From assembly GCA_012164735.1 (NCBI GenBank), contig GCA_012164735.1_4544.1: a DNA stretch of 44,855 bases. One strand, written 5' to 3'. The stretch's first letter is position 1; every line of letters starts with the position of its first letter. Below are positions 17,397 to 25,747 of the stretch, in pieces. Source of the DNA: a phage. The position numbers and the translations under genes are program-made. Under the pieces are notes generated by a model. It had not been told where the DNA came from and searched no databases. It saw only the letters and a program-made list of their open reading frames with translations.

Positions 17397-17990
17397 GTGG
17401 CTGAAGTCTACTCATTCGCCGCCACTATTGCTACGTGGGTGGATAAGACGAAGGAGAACAACGATAAGGCGGTGCGGGCGTACGGGATGCAAATACTAGG
17501 ACGCCTGATCGAGATCTCCCCAGTAGGCGACCCCCGCCGGTGGAAAATTAACAGGGCTTACGCGCTGGCCCGCCAGCACGCGAACAAGGTGAACGCCGCG
17601 CAGCGTCGCAAGAATGGTGGCAAACTGAAGCGCGGGCAGAAAAAGCACGCCAGCGTGCTGGTATCATTCAAAACTAAAAACGGCAACGTCACGTTCCGCC
17701 AGCGTGGCTGGGCTGCGAAGAATTACACCGGCGGGCGCTTCCGTGGTAACTGGCAGGTGACGTTTGATCGCCCGGCTGTCGGCGCTATTGATCGCGTTGA
17801 CAAGGCCGGAACGGCAACATTAGCCGCGGGGCGTGAAGTGCTGGCGCATTACGATTCGAGTGAATACGGGTCGATCTGGTTTACTAACAACGTGCCATAC
17901 GCGCAGCGACTTGAGTATGGCTGGAGTAAACAAGCGCCCGCGGGGATTGTTCGCGTCGTAGCGGCAGAAATTAATTCGAAGGTGAAATAA
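17397..17990 (+). CDS. Head-tail connector / tail completion protein (putative), GTG start
   Basis: 197-aa ORF, synteny. Confidence 0.4.
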   Translation: MAEVYSFAATIATWVDKTKENNDKAVRAYGMQILGRLIEISPVGDPRRWKINRAYALARQHANKVNAAQRRKNGGKLKRGQKKHASVLVSFKTKNGNVTFRQRGWAAKNYTGGRFRGNWQVTFDRPAVGAIDRVDKAGTATLAAGREVLAHYDSSEYGSIWFTNNVPYAQRLEYGWSKQAPAGIVRVVAAEINSKVK

Positions 17991-18412
17991 TGAGCAATAC
18001 CGCAATCCGCAAAGCGCTTAACAGCGTGGTTGAAGAGTTATCGGCAAGCCTGAGCACAAGCCAGCGTCCGATTATGGTTAACTGGGAGAACGTGAGCGGC
18101 GACCACGCAAACGGCAGCGGTGTCTACCTGGAGCCGTACCTGCTACCGGCCCCGACCCAGTTTGTGGGCTTACAGCAGAAGGGCCGGATCTATGCTGGCG
18201 TATATCAGGTTGCCGTGGTGTTCCCGGCGGGCACAGGCACACAGTACGCGAGCGAACTGGCGGACGCCATCGCTACATCGGATAAGTGGTCGGCGGTGAA
18301 GATTTCCGGCGCGTCATTTCAGCTTCAGGACGCGCCATACACCAGTTCAGTGATTGAAGACGTTGATCGCGCCCGCATCGTGGTTACAGTCCCCTACACC
18401 TGTTGCGCCTGA
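17990..18412 (+). CDS. Tail terminator / tail completion protein (putative)
   Basis: 140 aa, ATGA overlap, immediately upstream of major tail protein. Confidence 0.4.
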   Translation: MSNTAIRKALNSVVEELSASLSTSQRPIMVNWENVSGDHANGSGVYLEPYLLPAPTQFVGLQQKGRIYAGVYQVAVVFPAGTGTQYASELADAIATSDKWSAVKISGASFQLQDAPYTSSVIEDVDRARIVVTVPYTCCA

Positions 18413-18473
18413 TTTGGCGCAATTCTGCGCGTGCTGTATCATTAAACCGTATATCTAAACAGGAGCGTTCATT

Positions 18474-19199
18474 ATGGGTTATCAACTTCCTAACGGGTCC
18501 AGCGTGCAGATCGGGTCCGTATTGGGTGCAGGCATCGCAGTTACGGCAGCGACCAACGCCGCGGCGTCAATCTCCGATCTTACGCAAGGATGCGTTATCA
18601 CCTGCGCGGCGTCGCATGGTCTTGCTGTGGGAGACGTGGTTATGTTCACTAAAACCCCGTGGGTACGTGCGCTTAACCGCGCGTTCATCGTGGGTAAAGT
18701 GGATACTAACGACGTGACGCTGGCGCGCTTCGATACTCAAGACGTAACCAAATACCCGACCGGTGCTTTCGGAGTAGGCACACCGGGTGAGGTGGTGAAG
18801 GTGTCGAGCTTTATCGACTTCCCGTTTATCACTAACGTTGCCGTGTCGGGTGGCGACCAGCAGACCACCACCTTCCAGCCGTTGCAGGTGAATACCGCGA
18901 TCAGTCTGAACACCACGAAAAACCCGTTGGTCCAGACCTACACTTTCACCCACGACGAAGAAGACCCGATCCGCCCGATTCTGGAAGACCTGGACGACAC
19001 ACAGAAAACCACTGTGATTAAGTTCACCAACCCGGCAGCGGCAAGCGGCAAAGGTGAGATCCGCATTTACCCGGCTAAGGTGTCTTTCCAGAAGATTCCA
19101 TCTGCTGAAGTAAATAACGTGGAGACGGTGGAGTCCACCCTCACTATGCAGTCCGATATGGTTATTTACCGTAAGGACTTGGTCGAGGCGCTGTCGTAA
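18474..19199 (+). CDS. Major tail protein (tube)
   Basis: 241 aa, strong RBS, followed by terminator then the G/GT chaperone pair. Confidence 0.6.
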   Translation: MGYQLPNGSSVQIGSVLGAGIAVTAATNAAASISDLTQGCVITCAASHGLAVGDVVMFTKTPWVRALNRAFIVGKVDTNDVTLARFDTQDVTKYPTGAFGVGTPGEVVKVSSFIDFPFITNVAVSGGDQQTTTFQPLQVNTAISLNTTKNPLVQTYTFTHDEEDPIRPILEDLDDTQKTTVIKFTNPAAASGKGEIRIYPAKVSFQKIPSAEVNNVETVESTLTMQSDMVIYRKDLVEALS

Positions 19200-19229
19200 T
19201 TTGGTCGCTTAAATAGCGGGTGTTAATAT

Positions 19230-19252
19230 GGGGCCAGTACGGCCCCTTTTTT
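19230..19252 (+). terminator. Rho-independent terminator
   Basis: Stem ggggcc/ggcccc, loop agtac, T6. Confidence 0.6.
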
Positions 19253-19269
19253 ATTGGAGAATTACATAA

Positions 19270-19631
19270 TGGCTAAATCACCACTCTTCACACTTGACCC
19301 TAAACCGACATTTAAGCTGCCGATTGAGATCCCGCGCCCTGGTGAGAACGAACCGGGCAAAATGACGTTTACCGTGCGCCACCGCCCTATCGACGAATTT
19401 TCGCAGACCATGCAGGACACTGAGCGCAAATTGTCGGAGTATGACGACAATGACCCGGAAGGATTTAACGTTATGGTCGAGGCCATCATGCACGTCGCTG
19501 AAGGCTGGAATTTGCCGGACGAATTTAATGCTGCCAACGTCCGCCGCCTGGTGGTCAACTACCCGCGCGCGTTCGGCGTGTTCCATACGTCGTACTATCT
19601 CGAACTGATGGGGTTGCGTGAAAAAAACTAA
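19270..19631 (+). CDS. Tail assembly chaperone (lambda G-like), zero-frame product
   Basis: Position before tape measure; ends at a slippery site. Confidence 0.65.
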
Positions 19632-19945
19632 TTGAGGCGGCGCGACGCTTTTATGGCCCGCCGCCACCCTCCGAAGATTTAGCTGCGAGTTTATGGGGCG
19701 CGACCCCTGAAGATGTTTGCCCGCCGGTTGCGCTATGGCCTGACAACGCGAAGGTAGTCGCCGTCTTCACTGATTGCTCCACGCAATGGCGCACCGGATT
19801 CGGTGGCGCATACGGCATCGACTACGGTGTACTGGAATGGCTATTTAAGATGCACGGCATCGAAAACGCGCAACGTGCGTTTAAAGATATCAAGCTAATG
19901 GAACGCGTTGCGCTGGATGAAATGGCGCGGCAGAACCACGCATAG
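19270..19945 (+). CDS. Tail assembly chaperone GT-like fusion via programmed -1 frameshift at A_AAA_AAC (19622-19628)
   Basis: Open -1 frame from 19628 to stop TAG 19943-19945 (105 codons) directly after a canonical slippery heptamer. Confidence 0.55.
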
Positions 19946-19949
19946 CGGA

Positions 19950-20276
19950 GCGGGACAGGCGGGACGTCCCGTTTTGTCCCGCCACAATTAAACCGCATAT
20001 ATACTCACTTTCATTGCATAAACTAAAAGCGGGACAGGGGAGCTGTCCCGATCTGTCCCGCACCCAAAATGTGAATATCTATTCAGTTTTCGTGCATAAA
20101 GTAAGCGGGACAAAAAGCGGGACAGAATGAGGCGGGACAAAGCGGGACAGCACCCCTGTCCCCGTCAGTGCTGCCGCGGGTTTTAGCCGATCGGGACTGG
20201 CGGGACAAACCCCAGTCTTTCAGACTAGACGGGGGTCAATGGCCCCCCTCGTCTGAGACTGAATAAGGTTTGTTTT
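19950..20276. repeat. Copy 2 of the duplicated element and additional iterons: GCGGGACA direct at 19950, 19959, 20029, 20105, 20117, 20132, 20142, 20200; inverted at 19975, 20044, 20054; 67-bp palindrome at 20210-20276
   Basis: Counted directly; 20071-20276 aligns with 2844-3049. Confidence 0.8.
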
Positions 20277-20284
20277 AAATTCGC

Positions 20285-20293
20285 TGATACAAT
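20285..20293 (+). promoter_or_regulatory. Extended -10 promoter candidate (TGaTACAAT) preceded by TCGCTGATA, upstream of tape measure gene
   Basis: TG 20285-20286, TACAAT 20288-20293. Confidence 0.35.
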
Positions 20294-20329
20294 GACCGAC
20301 GGCAACTGCATAAAAAGGGGGACTGCATA

Positions 20330-22975
20330 ATGGCAGATCAGGCAGCGGGCATCACGCTCAAGGCGGACGTCGCGCAAATCAAAACGGCTAATACTGTGCT
20401 GGACACATTTGCGCAGAAATCCGAGAACACAGAACAGAAAGTAAAGAAGTTAAACGACACACTCGGCAAGTCGAAAAAGGTTACTGGCGACGCCGCTGGC
20501 GGAATGGAAAAGTTAGCGACTGAATCGCAGCGCGCCGCCGACGGCATGACGAAACAGGAGCGACTCGCCAGCCGATTAGGCATGTCGACCAAAAACCTGG
20601 GATTTGCATCGCGGAACGCCGCATTCCAGTTACAGGATATCGCGGTGACGCTTGAAATGGGTATGCCGGTGCATCGAGTCATGCTTCAGCAGCTACCACA
20701 GCTTACGGGGGCGTTTGGCGGGTTGGGGAATACGCTGCGTTATGTCGTCGGCACCCTCGGCCCGTTAGGGATCGGCATCGCTGCATTAACGGCAACGATG
20801 GGCGTTGGCGTGTCGATTATGTCCCGCGCGGAAAACCAAGTGGCGGCGCTTAACAAGACGCTGGCACTGTCCGGTAATATTTCTGGCCTCACCGCTAACC
20901 AGATCCTGGTGCTATCCGAGAACGCCGAGCGGATGGGCGGATCATTCCGCAAGACGCGTGACACCATTCAGTCACTGGCGGCGGCTGGTGTGAAAGCGGG
21001 TGCGGACTTCGGCGCACTGGCGAAGGTGGTGAATGACTTCTCGAAGGTGTCCAGCCAGCCGATCGAAGATGTGGTCGCGGCGGTGGCGAAGCTGTCAACC
21101 GACCCGGTAGGCGGCTTGCGCGCACTGGCGGATAAGTATCACGTTGTAAACGAAGCGCAGATCCAGCAGGTGCAGTCGTTGGTGGATATGGGGCGCGAGA
21201 CAGATGCGGTTGCGTTGGCTAACAAAACCGCCGCCGCGTCGTTCACCACTATGACCAACGATATCAAGGCGAACATGGGTACGCTTGAGCGATCTATGAA
21301 CGTCGTCACATCGGCAGCTAAATCCATGTGGGACGCCATCCTGGATGTGGGTCGCGCGCAGTCCTCCAATGAGTCAGAGATGAAAGCGCGTGAATCCTTG
21401 CAGCGCATGACCACTGCTTACTATGCCGAGATGAAAGCGGTAAACGCTGCCGGTGGGGTAATGACTGAAGCGCAGAAAGCACGTATTAACATGCTTTATA
21501 GCGAACTGGTCGCCCAGGAGAAAGTAGTGGCGTCGCTCACCATGCGTAACCGTGCGGAGCGTGACAACGCCCGTTCCGCGGACGAATCCGCAAAGGCGAA
21601 CGAGGAGGCCAACCGCACCGCCCGCGACCGCGCTGCGTTCGAGAAGGAGTACGCGACCAACGCGAAGAAGCGCGCAGACGAGATCGCCCGCCTCAATTTG
21701 CTGAATAAACGCGGCGTAATTGATGAGAAAGAACTAGCCGAGGCGGTGAAGCAGGTAAACGAGCGCTACAAAGACCCGGCCCCGAAAAAGGCCGCGGCTG
21801 TTCGCGTGGATGCCGGTATGAAAATGCTGGAGGTTGCACGGAGCGAACTGGCCCAGCTTCGAGAATCCGGCAAGCAGATCGAAGCCAACGCGTCTACGCA
21901 GACCCGCACGCAACGCGCTCAAGCGGCCTTAAACAAGCTGATCGCCGACAATGAGCAGTTAATCGTCGCGAGCAAAGAAAGGGCGCTAACGGCAGCAGAG
22001 AAGCAGCAGATGGTCGAATTCGGACGCGTGAAGGAAGTGCGCGAGCAGATCGTCGAAGAAGCCAAATTGCTGGACGCGAAAGAGAAGCAGGTTAAGGCGC
22101 ACGCGCAGATCGATGCCTTCGTTAAGAACCAGAACGCCGAGCTAAAAGCCACCGCGGCTGGCTATGCGCTTTCCACTCGAGAAGCGGCAAACCTGCGTGA
22201 AGAATTGCAGCTAATCGACCGCCTGAAGCGTGTAGGCGCTAACGATACCGATATTGACAAGGCGGTGTCTAAGCTGCGGGAAGTGCAGGAGGCGCAGACC
22301 GGCGCTAACGCCTCGCTATGGGATGGATTCAGTCGCGGGCTTAAGGATAGCGTGGATGAGATGGGTAACGGATATACGCAGATGACGTCACTCACAAAAT
22401 TCACGTTCAGCGCTATGCAGGACACGATGAACGAATTTTTCGAGACGGGCAAGCTGAGCGCGAAGGATATGGTTAAGTCCATCCTGAGCGAATTAATCAA
22501 GCTAGCTACCTCGCAGGCGTTCAAATCCGTCGTTAGCGCTTTCGGCGGTGACGGCGGCAAAAACGGATTGTTCGGCGCTATCTTCTCCGGCCTCACTAAG
22601 AACGCAGACGGCGGAGCGTACGCAGGAGGCAACCTCGCGGCCTATTCGGGGCAAGTGGTAAGCCAGCCTACCTTTTTCAGCTATGGCGTCCAGGCGTTCG
22701 CGAAGGGCGCAGGATTGATGGGTGAGGCTGGACCCGAGGCAATCATGCCACTGAAGCGCGGGCCGGATGGGAAACTGGGCGTTGCCGCTGCCGGTGTTGG
22801 TGGGGGTGGGATGATTGTAACGACCAACGTGAACATGGGGACCGGTAAAACGGACACCAGTGTGAGCGGACCGGACCCACGCACCGCGCAGGCGTTCGGC
22901 AAGCAAATCACCGAGTCGGTCAAGGCTGAGATCGTGAAAGCGACGAAACCGGGTGGAGTACTTTACAAACGATGA
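20330..22975 (+). CDS. Tail tape measure protein
   Basis: 881 aa, Ala/Gln-rich helical; follows G/GT; length implies a tail of roughly 130 nm at about 0.15 nm per residue. Confidence 0.85.
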   Translation: MADQAAGITLKADVAQIKTANTVLDTFAQKSENTEQKVKKLNDTLGKSKKVTGDAAGGMEKLATESQRAADGMTKQERLASRLGMSTKNLGFASRNAAFQLQDIAVTLEMGMPVHRVMLQQLPQLTGAFGGLGNTLRYVVGTLGPLGIGIAALTATMGVGVSIMSRAENQVAALNKTLALSGNISGLTANQILVLSENAERMGGSFRKTRDTIQSLAAAGVKAGADFGALAKVVNDFSKVSSQPIEDVVAAVAKLSTDPVGGLRALADKYHVVNEAQIQQVQSLVDMGRETDAVALANKTAAASFTTMTNDIKANMGTLERSMNVVTSAAKSMWDAILDVGRAQSSNESEMKARESLQRMTTAYYAEMKAVNAAGGVMTEAQKARINMLYSELVAQEKVVASLTMRNRAERDNARSADESAKANEEANRTARDRAAFEKEYATNAKKRADEIARLNLLNKRGVIDEKELAEAVKQVNERYKDPAPKKAAAVRVDAGMKMLEVARSELAQLRESGKQIEANASTQTRTQRAQAALNKLIADNEQLIVASKERALTAAEKQQMVEFGRVKEVREQIVEEAKLLDAKEKQVKAHAQIDAFVKNQNAELKATAAGYALSTREAANLREELQLIDRLKRVGANDTDIDKAVSKLREVQEAQTGANASLWDGFSRGLKDSVDEMGNGYTQMTSLTKFTFSAMQDTMNEFFETGKLSAKDMVKSILSELIKLATSQAFKSVVSAFGGDGGKNGLFGAIFSGLTKNADGGAYAGGNLAAYSGQVVSQPTFFSYGVQAFAKGAGLMGEAGPEAIMPLKRGPDGKLGVAAAGVGGGGMIVTTNVNMGTGKTDTSVSGPDPRTAQAFGKQITESVKAEIVKATKPGGVLYKR

Positions 22976-22982
22976 TAAAATG

Positions 22983-23011
22983 GCCCTCACATACAACGTG
23001 GGGGCTTTTTT
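22983..23011 (+). terminator. Rho-independent terminator abutting the next start codon
   Basis: Stem gccctcac/gtgggggc (one mismatch), T6 ending 1 nt before ATG 23012. Confidence 0.45.
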
Positions 23012-23611
23012 ATGGCGCAAGGTACAATCACACTAACGAACGGAAGTAAGACCGTCACGGGCGCGGGGACGGCGTTCCTGAGCGAGATCGGGAAGGTCCG
23101 CGTATTTGCCCGCATCGACGGCAACGACTACACCGGTAAAATCGCTGCATTCAACTCTGACACCGTCATCACCCTGGTGGATAACTGGGCCGGTCCGACA
23201 AAAGCCGGTGCAGCCTACGAGCTAATCGAAGCGCACGACCCGCGATCAAACGAATGGCCCTATTACTGGCACATGCAATTGCAGGGCGGCGGCGACGTGC
23301 AATTGGCTTTCCGGTCGGAGGAATTGCAATTCGGTAACGGCTATGGTCAGAACATCGCAGACGGCCCGAACGCCGAGACGAAACAGTTCCCCGTGCAATT
23401 CATCGGACTGACTACGGACAAGTGGTGTGACCCTAAACTGGTGTACAACTTCCTTCGCGGGCACTTCGTCAAGCCGTTTGTCGTCACCGCGCCGGATGGC
23501 GAAACAGGTTTATTCGTGGTCGAGCGTTCGAGCTTGTCGTACACTGACAACGGACACTACACGGCAACTGTATCAGCCACCCTTAAGACTGCTATTGGAT
23601 TCGTAAGATGA
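23012..23611 (+). CDS. Minor tail protein (lambda M-like)
   Basis: Synteny in M-L-K-I-J block. Confidence 0.65.
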   Translation: MAQGTITLTNGSKTVTGAGTAFLSEIGKVRVFARIDGNDYTGKIAAFNSDTVITLVDNWAGPTKAGAAYELIEAHDPRSNEWPYYWHMQLQGGGDVQLAFRSEELQFGNGYGQNIADGPNAETKQFPVQFIGLTTDKWCDPKLVYNFLRGHFVKPFVVTAPDGETGLFVVERSSLSYTDNGHYTATVSATLKTAIGFVR

Positions 23612-24396
23612 ATAAACTATATCGCGAGGCGACGCGCTTTGACCCATCGGGCCGCGTTCGCCTGATTCACATTGACGCGCAGGACGTGGAGCCGGGCGAC
23701 GGCGCGATCGGCGCGGGCCACCACTATTTTCATTACTGCTTTATTCCGCATACTGCCGAAGATATTGCTGCCGCTGGTGGAGACGAGGACAAGCTGAAGC
23801 CAAAATCTATCTTCTTTGGCGGGCAGGAGTTCGAATTTTGGCCCTTCGATTTGTCCGGCCTCAACTTCTCCACATCAACGGCAGCAGAACCGCAGCTAAC
23901 TATCGTCGATATTGGCGGGATTATTACCCGGCTATCGCTGAATCACGACCAGCTACTTGGCGCGAAGGTTGAAATCATAGACACGTTTGCTAAGTTCCTG
24001 GACAACGGGCCAGATCCAGACCCAACGCAAAAACGTGTACAGGAGTTTTACATCGACTCCCAGGTGGGCCGAAATCCGGGCAAACAAATCACCTTCGCAT
24101 TATCCTCGCCCGCGGATATGGAGGGGCAAGTAGTCCCGCGCCGCCAAATCATGAACATGTGCGAATGGGCGCTCAATGGGAAGTACGCCAGCGGGGACGG
24201 GTGCACGTGGAACCTTGCACAGCCAGGCATCAAGTATTATGACGAGCGCGGTAATGAAGTCATCGCGATGGATATGGACCGGTGCGGCGGCTGTTTGTCC
24301 GACTGTTATCTTCGATTTGGACAAGGGCTTGCAGATCCGAAAGCGGCGGTACTGGACTACGGCGGCTTTCCGGGGTCCAGATTAATTAAGGGGTAG
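23608..24396 (+). CDS. Minor tail protein (lambda L-like) with C-terminal Cys cluster
   Basis: 262 aa; CGGCLSDC Cys motif; synteny. Confidence 0.65.
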   Translation: MNKLYREATRFDPSGRVRLIHIDAQDVEPGDGAIGAGHHYFHYCFIPHTAEDIAAAGGDEDKLKPKSIFFGGQEFEFWPFDLSGLNFSTSTAAEPQLTIVDIGGIITRLSLNHDQLLGAKVEIIDTFAKFLDNGPDPDPTQKRVQEFYIDSQVGRNPGKQITFALSSPADMEGQVVPRRQIMNMCEWALNGKYASGDGCTWNLAQPGIKYYDERGNEVIAMDMDRCGGCLSDCYLRFGQGLADPKAAVLDYGGFPGSRLIKG

Positions 24397-24398
24397 TC

Positions 24399-25139
24399 AT
24401 GTTAACGAAAAAGGTTAAGAGCGATATCGCCGCACACGTTGCGGCATGTCTGCCTGAAGAAGCGTGCGGCCTGGTCGTCATGGTGGGCCGTAAGCAAGTA
24501 TTTATCCCGTGCCTGAACGTGTTCGAAGACCCGACCGGCGCGCGATCGCGTAAGGACGCGTTTACAATTAGTGATATGGCATGGATGGACGCCGAGGATA
24601 TTGGCGACGTCGTGCGCGTAGTCCACTCACATCCAGGTCAGCGGGAGTTAACCCCATCATTGGGCGACGTTAACGGATGCAACGGCAGCGGCATAGTGTG
24701 GACCATTACCAACGAGTACGGCGACTTTATCGAGATCGACCCTGAAGACCCACCACTGGTAGGTCGCCGATTTGTTCTCGGAATTACGGATTGCTATGGC
24801 CTCGTCATGGACTGGCACAAAAAGCAGGGCGTGAATCTGCCTGACTTCCGCGTGCCGTACAACTGGTGGGAGATGGGCGAAAGCCTGTACATGGATAACT
24901 GGTATGATGCGGGATTCAGGGAGTGCGCGGAGAATACGCCGGGGGCAATGGTCATCATGCAGATTAGCGCACCAGTGCCAAACCATGCTGGGATCTTCCT
25001 TCCGGGCAACCAACTACTACACCATATCTACGGCAGCCTGTCGAGCGTGGTCCCCTTCCGGGCAGGATTTTTCCGCGACAATGTGGTTAAATGGGTACGT
25101 CATAAAGACTTACCTGGGGAAATCACAGAATGGCAATGA
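24399..25139 (+). CDS. Tail assembly protein (lambda K-like; MPN/JAB plus NlpC/P60-like)
   Basis: VVHSHPG ... S ... D JAB-like motif; synteny. Confidence 0.75.
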   Translation: MLTKKVKSDIAAHVAACLPEEACGLVVMVGRKQVFIPCLNVFEDPTGARSRKDAFTISDMAWMDAEDIGDVVRVVHSHPGQRELTPSLGDVNGCNGSGIVWTITNEYGDFIEIDPEDPPLVGRRFVLGITDCYGLVMDWHKKQGVNLPDFRVPYNWWEMGESLYMDNWYDAGFRECAENTPGAMVIMQISAPVPNHAGIFLPGNQLLHHIYGSLSSVVPFRAGFFRDNVVKWVRHKDLPGEITEWQ

Positions 25140-25747
25140 CCACATTTAAATTGTACGGCGTCTTAGGACGTCGTTTTGGTAAAGTGCATAAGCTGGACTG
25201 CTTCACACCTGGCGAGGGTATCACCGGCCTATGCGTGAAGTTGCCAGGCTTACAGGACTTTCTAATGTCGGCCCACCTGGAAAACATGATGTTCAAGGTG
25301 CGCAAGGGTAATCACACAATGACCGGCTACGACGAGTTGGGTGAGTTCCACGGCGACCGCGTAGTTACCATCGCGCCGGTTATGACTGGTGCTAAAAGCG
25401 GACTTGGACAATTGCTGGCTGGCGTAGCTATCGTGGTGGCGTCGTTCTACACTGGCGGGCTTGCCGCTGCCGCTTTCGGGGCTTCCGCTGCGACCGCCGC
25501 CGCTATCGGAACGGCGACGTTTTCGTTCGGTATGTCGCTTGCGCTGGGCGGCGCTATGCAATTGCTGTCACCGCAACCGAAAGGATTGCAGACACGGCAG
25601 GACGTGGATAACAAGGCGTCGTATGCGTTCGGCGGGCCGGTAAACACGACCGCGCAAGGCACAGCACTTGGTGTATTATGGGGCGAGCGTGAGATCGGCG
25701 GCGCTATTATTTCAGCCGGAATTGTAACCGAGGATTTGAACGAATGA
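25130..25747 (+). CDS. Tail assembly protein (lambda I-like)
   Basis: 205 aa with Gly/Ala-rich hydrophobic C-terminal half; synteny. Confidence 0.7.
   Translation: MAMTTFKLYGVLGRRFGKVHKLDCFTPGEGITGLCVKLPGLQDFLMSAHLENMMFKVRKGNHTMTGYDELGEFHGDRVVTIAPVMTGAKSGLGQLLAGVAIVVASFYTGGLAAAAFGASAATAAAIGTATFSFGMSLALGGAMQLLSPQPKGLQTRQDVDNKASYAFGGPVNTTAQGTALGVLWGEREIGGAIISAGIVTEDLNE

Noticed and set aside
21496-22632. Several minus-strand ORFs (66-156 aa) inside the tape measure gene
   Set aside because: Low-complexity antisense frames of an Ala-rich gene.
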